Virus record (IMG/VR): IMGVR_UViG_3300009155_000035
Strand: one strand, 5' to 3'
Source: a virus
Taxonomy: Duplodnaviria; Caudoviricetes
DNA length: 64,000 nucleotides
This document shows positions 1-10,069 of the stretch, in pieces. How positions within the stretch are numbered: position 1 is the first letter of the stretch; each line of letters opens with the position of its first letter. Below the pieces are notes generated by a model. It had not been told where the DNA came from and searched no databases. It saw nothing but the letters and a program-made list of their open reading frames with translations. The position numbers and the translations under genes were made by a program.

Positions 1-2
1 AA

Positions 3-581
3 TTGATCAACGACGTAAATGAATACACCTTACCACAGGAAGTTACACAAGTTAGACAAATCTTTCGTAGAACAATTGGGTTAGGCACTGGCACCGGCGG
101 CTATAGTTTTGATCCGTTTGGAGCCGCTACCTTGAATGTGTACTTGCTTAACTTTAACCAAGCAAGCGGTGGTATGGCCACATACGACTTTTATCAACAA
201 TATGTTGAACTCGCGGCACGTATGTTTGGCGGCTACATCAACTACACATTCAATCCTGTTACCAAAAAACTACAACTCATTAGAGACCCAAGAGGAACAG
301 GTGAAGTTGTGTTGTTATGGACATACAACCTGCGCCCAGAAATTGTGCTACTGAGTGATTTTCAAATCAGTCAATGGATCCGTGATTACATGGTGGCCGC
401 TTGTAAGATGATTATTGGTGAAGCACGTGAAAAGTTTGGAACCATTGCTGGCCCGCAAGGTGGCGGCACTTTAAACGGAGCACAAATGAAGCAAGAAGCA
501 CAAGCGGCCATGGACAAGTGTATTGAGGATCTTAAATTATATGTTGACGGAAGCCAGCCACTCACGCTGGTGATTGGGTAA
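3..581 (+). CDS. Neck/head-completion protein, T4 gp13-like (5' truncated by window edge)
   Basis: Open from window start; motifs WIRDY..A..K..IG..R.KF and GG.TLNG resemble T4-like neck proteins; lies upstream of sheath and tube genes. Confidence 0.7.
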   Translation: MINDVNEYTLPQEVTQVRQIFRRTIGLGTGTGGYSFDPFGAATLNVYLLNFNQASGGMATYDFYQQYVELAARMFGGYINYTFNPVTKKLQLIRDPRGTGEVVLLWTYNLRPEIVLLSDFQISQWIRDYMVAACKMIIGEAREKFGTIAGPQGGGTLNGAQMKQEAQAAMDKCIEDLKLYVDGSQPLTLVIG

Positions 582-1288
582 TGAGTAAAACTTTAATTGT
601 TGGGTGCAGTTATATTGAAAACTTGGACATCGAACAAGTAAGTTCTCGATTTGTACTTTGTGGATCAAGCGGTGCGGGTAATCAAAGCATTGCAGCCAGG
701 GTGGCATATGAATGCAGTTGTAACAATTACGACCGTGTGATTGTGTTATGGAGCGGCATCTTTAGATTAGATTTTCCAGTTAGTCTTGCATTACATAAAA
801 CTACCCCTGTAAGTTTGGATGGAAAGCGCAAGTACGAGTATTTTACAGAAATAGGGTCCGCAGTATGGTATCACAGTGGCGGATGGGGACTTAGCGGATC
901 CAGCAAAGATAGCCCATGGTTTTTTAGAAATTTTTGTCAGGCCCAATATCAGGGCGCCACTCCGAGATATCTAAGCGAATTAAGTTTGCTAGGTATATTG
1001 CAAACTCAATGCTTTTTGAATCAACAAAACATTCCATATGACATGAGTTTTATATACGATGTCAATCAAAATTATACGGACCCAAATGTTGAACCAGGAT
1101 GCGGCAAACTTGCTCGAGAATCAGCGTACATTAACTTAATAGACTGGACAAAATTTACTCCTACAATTGCGCCATATGAATTTGCCAAAACAATAGATAA
1201 CGGATTTGAGCAAGATGGGTTTCACCCAAATTTTGATACCATGAACGCATGGTTCAAAAAATATCTAAACGAAGATTTAACTAGTTGA
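581..1288 (+). CDS. SGNH/GDSL hydrolase-like hypothetical protein
   Basis: N-terminal IVGCSY (block I), GAGN (block II), C-terminal DGFHP (block V); ATG overlaps upstream TAA. Confidence 0.55.
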   Translation: MSKTLIVGCSYIENLDIEQVSSRFVLCGSSGAGNQSIAARVAYECSCNNYDRVIVLWSGIFRLDFPVSLALHKTTPVSLDGKRKYEYFTEIGSAVWYHSGGWGLSGSSKDSPWFFRNFCQAQYQGATPRYLSELSLLGILQTQCFLNQQNIPYDMSFIYDVNQNYTDPNVEPGCGKLARESAYINLIDWTKFTPTIAPYEFAKTIDNGFEQDGFHPNFDTMNAWFKKYLNEDLTS

Positions 1289-1313
1289 TTTTTTATTGTA
1301 AGTGTGTTATAAT
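1285..1313 (+). promoter_or_regulatory. Sigma70-like (early/middle) promoter
   Basis: TTGATT (1285-1290), 17 bp, TATAAT (1308-1313) with TG extended -10, just upstream of ATG 1320. Confidence 0.6.
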
Positions 1314-1319
1314 CAACAC

Positions 1320-1841
1320 ATGGACTTAATGATTGACATGGAAGGCCTAGCTACTGGCCCAGAAACTTGCATTCTGACAATTGCCGCGCAAGGGTTTGAC
1401 CCGTTTGGCAATGGGTACTATCCTGATCGATGCTACTATGCCCGGGTTGATTTAGAAAGTCAGCCCAATCGTAAAATTGAGCAAGGTACTATTGAGTGGT
1501 GGGCCACTCAAAAAGAAGCTCAAGCAGAAGCCTTTGCTGAGGATAATCGTATTCCTCTTGATCAAGCACTAGATGAACTTGGCAAACTTATTTGGCATTC
1601 CAAACGTATCTGGGCGCAAGGCCCCACGTATGACATGACTATTTTAGAGCATGCATATAAAAGCTACAACAAATTAATACCATGGCAATACTATGCTGTG
1701 CGCGATAGTCGCACAGTGTTTTCGTTGTGGCCGGGACTAGAAAAACCACCCACAAGCCATCATGCGCTAGAAGATTGTCGCAGACAAATTGAACTGTTAC
1801 AGGACACACTCAAATATCTTAATGTAAAGGAATTAGCATGA
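1320..1841 (+). CDS. DEDD-family 3'-5' exonuclease (Rv2179c-like exoribonuclease)
   Basis: LMIDMEGL (ExoI DxE), WAQGPTYD (ExoII), HHALEDC (ExoIII); start moved to ATG 1320. Confidence 0.8.
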   Translation: MDLMIDMEGLATGPETCILTIAAQGFDPFGNGYYPDRCYYARVDLESQPNRKIEQGTIEWWATQKEAQAEAFAEDNRIPLDQALDELGKLIWHSKRIWAQGPTYDMTILEHAYKSYNKLIPWQYYAVRDSRTVFSLWPGLEKPPTSHHALEDCRRQIELLQDTLKYLNVKELA

Positions 1842-2500
1842 TTATTGGCATTTGCGGACTTATTGGTGCTGGCAAAGATACCATTGCAGATTATCTAGTA
1901 AACATACATCAATATCGCAGGGAAAGCTTTGCTAATAGTTTGAAAGATGCTGTAGCTCAGATATTTGGCTGGGATAGAACCATGCTAGAGGGGCGCACAA
2001 AGCACTCAAGGGAGTGGCGTGAACAAGTGGATACCTGGTGGGCAAATCGATTGAATATACCCGAACTTACTCCACGGTGGGTGCTACAACACCTGGGCAC
2101 AGACGTATTGCGTACAAGATTTCACGATGATATTTGGATTGCCAGCTTGGAAAATAAACTACGTAATATCACAGACGATGTTGTTATAACTGATTGCAGA
2201 TTCCCAAACGAAATCAACGCTATCAGGGCTTCGGGCGGAAAAGTAATTCGTGTTATCCGTGGTGTAGAACCAGACTGGATGCCATATGCAATCAATTACA
2301 TGAGTGGCCCTCAAACAATTGGGTGGGCGATTGGGAAAGACATGCTAACAAAATTTAATGTGCATGCCAGCGAGTACAGCTGGGCTGACACTAAATTTGA
2401 TCAAGTAATTGACAATAACAGTACCATGGATCACTTGTACAAGCAGATCAATGATCTGGTTCAAGATCTCCAGGCTTCCAAGGAAGGTCAGCTCGGGTGA
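1838..2500 (+). CDS. Deoxynucleoside monophosphate kinase (T4 gp1-like)
   Basis: IIGICGLIGAGKDT P-loop, FANSLKD, R.VLQHLGTD, ITDCRFPNE, HASE motifs. Confidence 0.9.
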   Translation: MIIGICGLIGAGKDTIADYLVNIHQYRRESFANSLKDAVAQIFGWDRTMLEGRTKHSREWREQVDTWWANRLNIPELTPRWVLQHLGTDVLRTRFHDDIWIASLENKLRNITDDVVITDCRFPNEINAIRASGGKVIRVIRGVEPDWMPYAINYMSGPQTIGWAIGKDMLTKFNVHASEYSWADTKFDQVIDNNSTMDHLYKQINDLVQDLQASKEGQLG

Positions 2501-2792
2501 CCTCAGCGGCACAATTGAGACAGATAGTTTTTAAGTTTCTTAATTCACTGTTGTTTAAATCACCATCAACATGATATACCAGTAACTGACTTGAATGTCT
2601 TGCCTTGAACCCGCATCGATCACATGCGGTTTTCTTTTTGTAGCCACTGGTTTGCCACCGTGGTTTTTGTGGTTTGAGCTTCTTGCCTTTGCGTATACAA
2701 GCATTGCATTTAGACCGATAATACAGTTTGTTGTTGTGCCAGCCGTTAACAGCGGCTAGGTTCTTGTTGCATACTTTACACAGTGGTCTCAT
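2448..2792 (-). CDS. Small Zn-binding HNH-like protein
   Basis: CxxC pairs (CKVC, CNAC, CDRC, CLNC) and YHVDGDLNNSELRN HNH-like core; start at ATG 2792 preceded by minus-strand TAAATA (2798-2803). Confidence 0.7.
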   Translation of the reverse strand: MRPLCKVCNKNLAAVNGWHNNKLYYRSKCNACIRKGKKLKPQKPRWQTSGYKKKTACDRCGFKARHSSQLLVYHVDGDLNNSELRNLKTICLNCAAEVTRADLPWKPGDLEPDH

Positions 2793-2857
2793 ACCATTAT
2801 TTATGTTGCGAACCTTAATTAAGGCACCGCAACCATGCCCGTTTTTACGTTCTTCAA

Positions 2858-2863
2858 TAAATA
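2858..2863 (+). promoter_or_regulatory. Late promoter (TAAATA) for tail sheath
   Basis: TAAATA shortly upstream of sheath ATG 2891; the motif recurs before many structural genes and resembles the T4 late promoter TATAAATA. Confidence 0.65.
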
Positions 2864-2890
2864 TTACTAACATTTTTGAAGGATGCGATT

Positions 2891-5800
2891 ATGGCACTAG
2901 TATCTCCCGGCGTAGAAGTTACAGTTGTTGATGAGTCAAATTATATACCAGCGGCAACTAACTCTGTTCCATATGTTTTGATTGCGACAGCACAAAACAA
3001 AATCTCTGGCACTGGAACTGGCGTAGCAGCCGGTACTTTGGCAGTCAACGCAGGCAAGGTTTATTTAGTAACCAGCCAGCGTGATTTGGCAGCAACATTT
3101 GGTAACCCGTTCTTTTACAAGACATCGGCTGGTACACCAATTAACGGTTATGAGCTTAACGAATATGGCTTGTTGGCTGCGTTCTCTGTTTTAGGTATTA
3201 GTAATCGCGCTTATATCCAACGTGCAGATATTGACTTATCAGAGTTAACAGCAAGTTTAGTTCGCCCAACAGGCGCACCAACTGATGGTACTTACTGGTT
3301 AGATACATCATCAACATCATGGGGCGTGTTCCAGTGGAATCAAACAACTGGTGCATTCACTAGCAAAACTCCCACAGTTATTACTAGCACAACACAGTTA
3401 ACCGGTGGCGTGCCAAGTGCAAACATTGGTAGTATTGGTGACTATGCAGTTGTTGCAACAAATGCAAACAATCCTGTATACTACAAAAACTCAGAAAACA
3501 TGTGGGTACTTGTTGGTAGCGACGCTTGGAAAATGAGCTGGCCTACAATACAGGCATCAAATTCTCTTGACGGGGTGAGCCTAACAGCAGGTAACACAAT
3601 TGTTATTAACGGAACAACGGTTACAGTGCCAGTAGCACCAAACAACAACCTTAATGGTTTGGTAACTGCAATTAACAATGCAAGTATTGCTGGTGTGACT
3701 GCCGAAGCTGACTCAAGTAGCCGTTTGGTAATTTATGCAGACAGTGACGCAGAAAGTGACGGCTCATCTGCTAATGGTGGCATTGTACACATTGATGTAT
3801 TGAGTACTGCTGGACTATTAACAGCATTGGGTGTTAGTGTAGGAAATTACTATGCACCAACATTGCAACAAAGTCCAAACTACACAGTTCCGCGTTGGAG
3901 AACCAGTGACGTTGAACCTCGCCCAACTGGTTCTGTTTGGAACATGTTGACAGCAGTTAACCAAGGCGCAAGCATTATTATCAAGCGTTATGATTCAGTG
4001 CTTGGAGCATTCGTTACACAAAGCGCACCAATTTATGCAAATGGTTGGAGTGCCGACAAAGGACTAGACCCTGCAGGTGGTGGTAAGAATATTCCAGCTG
4101 ACACATTATATGTTCAGTACAATACTGATCCAGAATTGTCTGGTACTGGATTGTACAACAACACACTGACTCTCAAGGCATATACTCGCCTTGCAGCCGG
4201 TGCAACGGTCATCACCGGCGATGACACTGCTCCAACATTTACCGCATCAAATACATTTACAATTCAGGCCAGCACAGCAAATAGCACAAGTTTAACATCT
4301 CCAGTAACTGCCACTGTTAATGGTGTTACTCCAGCTGACTTTGTAACAGCAGTTAGTGCAGCCGGCGTACCAAATGTTTCCGCCAGCGTTACTAGCGATG
4401 GCTCAATTGCATTTACACATGCTCTTGGTGGCGACATTGTTTTGATTGATTTAACCGGAAATCCAGTAGCAGACGCAGGTTTTAATACTACAGTTACCGG
4501 TGTGTCTGATGCAACAGGCGAATTAACTGGTGGGTTAATTTTATCTAACTGGATCCCATTAACTTACATTGCATCCGCAAGTGCTCCAAGCCTTGATCCT
4601 GCTGATGGACGCCTATGGTACTACAGTGCAACTAATCAAGTCGATATCATGATTCAAAGTGGTACAGAATGGCAAGGTTATCGCAATGTTAGCTTGGACG
4701 TTCGTGGATATAATTTAACACAAACAGATCCAAACGGACCTATTGTTTCTGCATCTGAACCCCTATTGCAAAGCGATGGCACAGATTTGGTTTATGGTGA
4801 TTTGTGGATCGACACCAGCAACTTAGAGTTGTATCCAGTGGTTAAGCGTTGGGAACTGGTCAATGACGTTGCAACCTGGGTGTCTATTGACAATACCGAT
4901 CAAACAACAAGCAATGGTATCTTGTTTGCTGACGCACGTTGGGCAACAAACGGCACAACTGATCCAATTACTGATAACTTCCCAACAATCAAGAGTTTGT
5001 TAACTAGTGATTATTTAGACTTGGATGCACCAGATCCAACACTGTATCCAGCTGGGACATTGTTGTGGAACACACGCCGAAGTGGTTTTAACGTAAAATC
5101 ATTCCAGGTTGATTATTTTAACCCAACAACATTCAGTGTTGACAGCTACAGCGCCGCAACAAGTTATGCAGTTAATGATTTGGTATTGTATGAAGGTATC
5201 ATTTATATTGCTACTGCCCCTGGCAATGGTAACGTACCAACCGACACCAACTTCTGGAGCCCACTGGAAACCAATGCTTGGGTAACTGCTACTGGAAACA
5301 AAGCAGATGGCAGTCCATACATGGGTCGTTTGGCACAGCGTCAATTGGTAGTGGCTGCAATGAAGAGTGTAATTGACACACAAGACACTTTGCGTGAAGA
5401 ACAAAATGTGTTCAACTTGATTGCCTGCCCAAATTATCCAGAGCTGATTCCTAACATGGTTGCATTGAACAACGAACGTAGTAACACAGCGTTCGTTGTT
5501 GGTGATACACCATTGCGCTTACCACCAAATGGGGCAGACATCGTGGCCTGGGCAACCAACAACACTGGCACTGGATATGTCACTGGCGATGGATTAACAA
5601 TTGGTGATCCTTATGTTGGCGTGTTCTACCCAAGTTGCCGTACAACAGATCTAGGCGGAAGCCAAGTTGTACAACCACCAAGTCACATGATGTTGCGTAC
5701 TATTGTACGCAGTGACGAAGTTGCTTATCCATGGTTGGCACCAGCTGGTGTACGTCGTGGTGTAATTGACAATGCTGAACAAATTGGTTATGTTAATGCG

Positions 5801-6289
5801 GCAACAGGTGAGTTTGTGACAATTGCCACAGGCCAAGGTCTACGTGACGTATTGTATGTTAACAAGATTAACCCAATTACGTTCATTCCTGGTGTTGGTA
5901 TTACTAACTATGGTAACAAGACTGAAAGTCCAATTACAAGTGCTATGGATCGTATCAACGTTGCACGTTTGGTTGCATACATACGTGGACGCCTGAATGA
6001 AATTGGTAAACAGTTTGTATTTGAACCTAACGATCAAATCACTCGTAATGAAATCACAAATGCTATCGACGGTCTCATGGTAGATCTAGTGGCAAAACGT
6101 GGTATCTATGACTACTTGATTGTGTGTGATTTGAGTAACAACACACCAGCACGTATTGATCGTAACGAACTATATGTTGATATTGCTATCGAGCCTGTTA
6201 AGGCAGTTGAATTTATCTACATTCCAGTACGTATTAAGAATACTGGCGAATTGGCTGCAGGCCAAACAGCTAGCTCTGCTACGGTTTAA
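2891..6289 (+). CDS. Contractile tail sheath protein (T4 gp18-like) with large inserted domains
   Basis: MALVSPGV N-terminus; C-terminal PWLAPAG..RG, INPIT, RINVARL, FEPND, NELYVDIAIEPVKAVEFIYI; about 1132 aa. Confidence 0.95.
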   Translation: MALVSPGVEVTVVDESNYIPAATNSVPYVLIATAQNKISGTGTGVAAGTLAVNAGKVYLVTSQRDLAATFGNPFFYKTSAGTPINGYELNEYGLLAAFSVLGISNRAYIQRADIDLSELTASLVRPTGAPTDGTYWLDTSSTSWGVFQWNQTTGAFTSKTPTVITSTTQLTGGVPSANIGSIGDYAVVATNANNPVYYKNSENMWVLVGSDAWKMSWPTIQASNSLDGVSLTAGNTIVINGTTVTVPVAPNNNLNGLVTAINNASIAGVTAEADSSSRLVIYADSDAESDGSSANGGIVHIDVLSTAGLLTALGVSVGNYYAPTLQQSPNYTVPRWRTSDVEPRPTGSVWNMLTAVNQGASIIIKRYDSVLGAFVTQSAPIYANGWSADKGLDPAGGGKNIPADTLYVQYNTDPELSGTGLYNNTLTLKAYTRLAAGATVITGDDTAPTFTASNTFTIQASTANSTSLTSPVTATVNGVTPADFVTAVSAAGVPNVSASVTSDGSIAFTHALGGDIVLIDLTGNPVADAGFNTTVTGVSDATGELTGGLILSNWIPLTYIASASAPSLDPADGRLWYYSATNQVDIMIQSGTEWQGYRNVSLDVRGYNLTQTDPNGPIVSASEPLLQSDGTDLVYGDLWIDTSNLELYPVVKRWELVNDVATWVSIDNTDQTTSNGILFADARWATNGTTDPITDNFPTIKSLLTSDYLDLDAPDPTLYPAGTLLWNTRRSGFNVKSFQVDYFNPTTFSVDSYSAATSYAVNDLVLYEGIIYIATAPGNGNVPTDTNFWSPLETNAWVTATGNKADGSPYMGRLAQRQLVVAAMKSVIDTQDTLREEQNVFNLIACPNYPELIPNMVALNNERSNTAFVVGDTPLRLPPNGADIVAWATNNTGTGYVTGDGLTIGDPYVGVFYPSCRTTDLGGSQVVQPPSHMMLRTIVRSDEVAYPWLAPAGVRRGVIDNAEQIGYVNAATGEFVTIATGQGLRDVLYVNKINPITFIPGVGITNYGNKTESPITSAMDRINVARLVAYIRGRLNEIGKQFVFEPNDQITRNEITNAIDGLMVDLVAKRGIYDYLIVCDLSNNTPARIDRNELYVDIAIEPVKAVEFIYIPVRIKNTGELAAGQTASSATV

Positions 6290-6296
6290 TAGCAGG

Positions 6297-6302
6297 TAAA
6301 TA
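6297..6302 (+). promoter_or_regulatory. Late promoter (TAAATA) for tail tube
   Basis: TAAATA followed by AGGAG RBS and ATG 6326. Confidence 0.65.
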
Positions 6303-6325
6303 AACATATACAGGAGATAAAACAT

Positions 6326-6958
6326 ATGGCCGTTGCATCACTAACTAGAATGACAGTGCCTCTGTCTAGCGATCAAAGTAATCCTAATCAGGGCTTGTTG
6401 ATGCCAAAACTCAAATATCGCTTTCGAGTGATATTTGAAAACTTTGGAGTCTCTACTCCAAGAACAGAACTTACAAAACAAGTGATGGACTTTACTCGTC
6501 CATCAGTTACATTTGACGAAATTCCTATTGAAATTTACAACAGTCGTATGTACCTTGCTGGTAAGCATACTTGGGATATGTTAACTGTTACCTTGCGTGA
6601 TGATGCTTCTGGCGAAGTAGCACGCCTGGTTGGTGAACAATTACAAAAGCAGTTGGACTTTAATGAGATGGCATCTGCGGCAGCTGGTATTGACTACAAG
6701 TTCCTAACACGTTGCGAAATTCTTGACGGTGGTAATGGAGCCGCTCAACCAGTTGTGTTGGAAAACTGGGAAATTTATGGTTGCTACTTGAACCAAGTTA
6801 ACTATCAAGATCTTAACTATGGCGAAAGTGCTCCAGTAACAATTCAAATGCAAATTCGTTTCGATAATGCTGTTCAGACACCTAACGGTACTGGCCTTGG
6901 CACTAGCGTTGCACGTTTGGCAGGTAGTGTTGTAACTGGTGTAGGCACAGCTGGCTAA
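6326..6958 (+). CDS. Tail tube protein (T4 gp19-like)
   Basis: Follows sheath; PKLKYRFRV, Y.AGKHTW..LTVTLRD, W..YGCY, tube-fold pattern; strong RBS. Confidence 0.9.
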   Translation: MAVASLTRMTVPLSSDQSNPNQGLLMPKLKYRFRVIFENFGVSTPRTELTKQVMDFTRPSVTFDEIPIEIYNSRMYLAGKHTWDMLTVTLRDDASGEVARLVGEQLQKQLDFNEMASAAAGIDYKFLTRCEILDGGNGAAQPVVLENWEIYGCYLNQVNYQDLNYGESAPVTIQMQIRFDNAVQTPNGTGLGTSVARLAGSVVTGVGTAG

Positions 6959-6967
6959 TTAAATTAG

Positions 6968-8128
6968 ATGGCATTCGGGCAGGATTTTCTAAAGGCATTC
7001 TTCGGGAATGACTATGTCAAGGACTACACACATGCAAGCAAGGTGTTTAGATCCAATGGCTACGAAAATTCTCCCCGATTAAAGTTTTTATTTCACGTTT
7101 ATTTTAATCTTAATACAACTGCAATTCCCCCGTTGAGAAACATTTTCTCAACGCCCGACACATCAACAATTGGCTTACTAGTTAAAAACATTGAACTACC
7201 TAAGTTCAAGATGGACACTGAAGTATTAAATCAATACAATCGCAAACGTGTAGTACAAAAAAGAATCGACTACGATCCAATCAACATCAAGTTCCATGAT
7301 GATTCTGGCGATTTAATTCGTACAATGTGGTACAATTACTATTCGTACTACTATAAAGATCCCACACAACCATATCGTGGACAAAAAAACACAAATGGCA
7401 GTATTGGCCAAAGTGCAACATTGCCTAACGGTTTTGACTACAATAATCGAGACATTTATTCTAACGATCGTTTTGTTAATGATTGGGGTTATGTAGGCGA
7501 AAGTTATTTTGATGGCACAAACAGCACAAGTGGAAAGCCACCGTTCTTCAAAGACATCAGCATCTATGGCATGAATCAACACAAGTTTGTTGAATATGTA
7601 TTAGTGAATCCAATGATTAGCCAATGGAATCATGACTCATATGACTACAGCCAAGACAATGGTGTAATGGAAAACAACGTAACAATAACTTACGAAACAG
7701 TAAAATATTACAGTGGTGCAATTGGCGGCGTTAGACCAGATACAAACATTCAAGGTTTTGCAAGTCCAACCTATTATGATCAACAACAAAGTCCATTAAC
7801 ACGCCCGGGTGGTACTAGAAGTATTATTGGCCAAGGCGGGTTGCTTGATGCTGGCCTTGGCATATATTCTGACTTACAATCTGGCAGCGTGGCAGGTGTT
7901 ATTGGTGCTGTGCAAAAAGCCGGCACAGCTTACAACACATTCAAAGGTGTAAATTTAAAGTCTGTAGCAAAAGAAGAAGCAGTAGGAGCAGTCCAAGGTG
8001 TGTTAAGAGGTACAAGCCAAGGAAATCCATCTAGCACAGCATTGCAATCAATCATTCCTCCAAGCTTTGCACAAAACGTAGCAACAACATTACAAAAACC
8101 AATTTTTCCGACACCACCTAAGAGGTAA
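6968..8128 (+). CDS. Tail tube initiator/baseplate protein (gp54/gp48-like, tube fold)
   Basis: LVKNIELPKF, NQYNRKR, YDPINIKFHDD, ITYE tube-like motifs; directly after the tube gene. Confidence 0.65.
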   Translation: MAFGQDFLKAFFGNDYVKDYTHASKVFRSNGYENSPRLKFLFHVYFNLNTTAIPPLRNIFSTPDTSTIGLLVKNIELPKFKMDTEVLNQYNRKRVVQKRIDYDPINIKFHDDSGDLIRTMWYNYYSYYYKDPTQPYRGQKNTNGSIGQSATLPNGFDYNNRDIYSNDRFVNDWGYVGESYFDGTNSTSGKPPFFKDISIYGMNQHKFVEYVLVNPMISQWNHDSYDYSQDNGVMENNVTITYETVKYYSGAIGGVRPDTNIQGFASPTYYDQQQSPLTRPGGTRSIIGQGGLLDAGLGIYSDLQSGSVAGVIGAVQKAGTAYNTFKGVNLKSVAKEEAVGAVQGVLRGTSQGNPSSTALQSIIPPSFAQNVATTLQKPIFPTPPKR

Positions 8129-8131
8129 TCA

Positions 8132-8497
8132 ATGGCAACAGTAAACGAACCAAATCCTAAATTAGGTAGCACAGTTAGGCTTTTTGATCAATTCTATGCA
8201 TACGAAGTAGATGTGCCAGTTAACGAGTACGATGCAGTTAACAGTTACTTTTTAAGTGTTTTTAAAACTAGAGAAGCCGCACAGAATTTTACAGTTACTT
8301 TATTTAGAGTTTCGCAACAAACAAATGTGCCAGCACTGACTTTGTTGGGACAACTACAAGACGTTGGCACAGACCAAATAAAACTCACAGCCATTTTGAG
8401 TTATTTCTTAAATGGTTTGAGAAGCCCAAGTACTTTACTAGGTGTTAACTCCACGCTAACTCCAAATTTTTTTACTGCACGTAACGTTTTACCATGA
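8132..8497 (+). CDS. Hypothetical virion-module protein
   Basis: 121-aa ORF tightly packed between structural genes. Confidence 0.5.
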   Translation: MATVNEPNPKLGSTVRLFDQFYAYEVDVPVNEYDAVNSYFLSVFKTREAAQNFTVTLFRVSQQTNVPALTLLGQLQDVGTDQIKLTAILSYFLNGLRSPSTLLGVNSTLTPNFFTARNVLP

Positions 8498-8931
8498 CAA
8501 ATTTTGCACAAGGTGCCTACGTGCCTAAACACCCAAAAAAGTATGTAGGCAAGGGTACTCCTCGTTATCGTAGCGGATGGGAGTGGGCTTTCTTTCAATT
8601 TTGCGACAACAACGATGCAGTGCTTGAGTGGGCGAGTGAAGCAATTGCAATCAAGTACATCAACCCTCTAACTGGCAAGATGACAAATTACATACCAGAT
8701 GTGTTTATTCGTTATCGCACACGCAACAACAAAGTCTGCACGGAATTAATTGAAATTAAACCCAAAAAGCAAAGTGCTATCACAGAAGGCATGAAAGATC
8801 GAGATCGTGCTATCGTAGCAGTAAATCATGCAAAATGGGCGGCAGCACAGGCCTGGTGCAAACGTGCAAATATTGTGTTTCGAGTTATAACCGAAGATCA
8901 AATGTTCCATCGAGGTGGAAAAAAGCGGTAA
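8494..8931 (+). CDS. Head completion nuclease (T4 gp4/TnsA-like)
   Basis: PKHPKKYVG, YRSGWE, WASE, YIPD, IEIKP, N.AKW.AA..WC motifs typical of gp4. Confidence 0.9.
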   Translation: MTNFAQGAYVPKHPKKYVGKGTPRYRSGWEWAFFQFCDNNDAVLEWASEAIAIKYINPLTGKMTNYIPDVFIRYRTRNNKVCTELIEIKPKKQSAITEGMKDRDRAIVAVNHAKWAAAQAWCKRANIVFRVITEDQMFHRGGKKR

Positions 8932-8938
8932 ATACCGC

Positions 8939-9442
8939 ATGACAAGAAAACTCGAAGAACTTTTCAACATCGAATCTCCCAGTCCCGATGGCATACTTGA
9001 TAGCCCAGACAGCGAACCTGGAAATGATATCGAGAAGAATTTGCCAGTACTCCCGGAAACTTTGGTGGCCCTTGACAAGATAGAGTCAGCATTGCCTGCG
9101 GTCCGGGGTCTTGAAGCCAGTGACGCTGAAATGGATGATTTGGCAACCAAGGCAACTGAAAGCTTTGACAATCTCATGGACCTTGGCATGCAAGTTGACA
9201 GTAGATATGCCAGTGAAATTTTTGCTGTGGCCGGCGCTATGCTAGGACATGCTATCACTGCCAAGACAGCCAAGATGAATAAGAAACTCAAAATGATTCA
9301 GTTGCAATTACAAAAAGCAAAACTGGATCAAACCAATGAAACAGATCCTACTCCAACTGCTCAAGGTCGTGTATTAGATCGTAATGAATTACTAAAGCAC
9401 TTGGTACAGCGGAGTACTGAAAACCCCAACAGCGGTAAATAA
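8939..9442 (+). CDS. Probable terminase small subunit (gp16-like)
   Basis: Helical core DSRYASEIFAVAGAMLGH resembles T4 gp16; TAAATA at 8929-8934; start moved to ATG 8939. Confidence 0.5.
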   Translation: MTRKLEELFNIESPSPDGILDSPDSEPGNDIEKNLPVLPETLVALDKIESALPAVRGLEASDAEMDDLATKATESFDNLMDLGMQVDSRYASEIFAVAGAMLGHAITAKTAKMNKKLKMIQLQLQKAKLDQTNETDPTPTAQGRVLDRNELLKHLVQRSTENPNSGK

Positions 9443-9459
9443 CATATAGGATTAGTCAC

Positions 9460-10059
9460 ATGAAAACATTTGCACAATATCTCACAGAAAGTGAAAAAAC
9501 CTTTGATTATCGCATTAAAATATGCGGTGATGTGCCCTCAGACTTTGTTAACTCTCTGAAAGAAAAACTTAAAAAGTTTGATCCAGTAAAGATCTCTGAA
9601 CCAAAGAAAACTCCAATTCAGTCTAAGCCAATTGACTTTCCGTCTTTCACAAACGAACCTGTAACTATCATCGATGGCACATTTCGTTATCCAGCCACTC
9701 CTCCACAAATTCAACAAATGGTTCGTTTGTTAGGTATGGATGAGAATCGTGTGTGCATTAACGAGTTGCAGTGGAGTGAAGGCATGGACAAAGAGTTGTT
9801 GGGTATTGCCGACCAAAAGGATTTGTTAGTTAGTGACTATCCAGCTGACAATGCTGAACAGAAAGCACTCTCAAAAGATTATGCCGCTCCTGCCGCTGAC
9901 AAAGAAGTAGTTAAAAACTCGGCTGCCGATGCCAAGTTCACTATTGCTGGTGGCAAGACACCCCCAGCAGAAACCACAAACAATTTACCGCAGGGCGTTA
10001 AGAGTCCAATGACAACGGTCAAACGTCCGCCTAAGCCAGCAACCGGCCTCCAGAAATAA
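9460..10059 (+). CDS. Putative internal head protein with capsid-targeting-like N-terminus
   Basis: Starts MKTFAQYLTE|S, similar to the T4 IP capsid targeting sequence MKTYQEFIAE; TAAATA at 9436-9441. Confidence 0.5.
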   Translation: MKTFAQYLTESEKTFDYRIKICGDVPSDFVNSLKEKLKKFDPVKISEPKKTPIQSKPIDFPSFTNEPVTIIDGTFRYPATPPQIQQMVRLLGMDENRVCINELQWSEGMDKELLGIADQKDLLVSDYPADNAEQKALSKDYAAPAADKEVVKNSAADAKFTIAGGKTPPAETTNNLPQGVKSPMTTVKRPPKPATGLQK

Positions 10060-10069
10060 GGAAACAACA

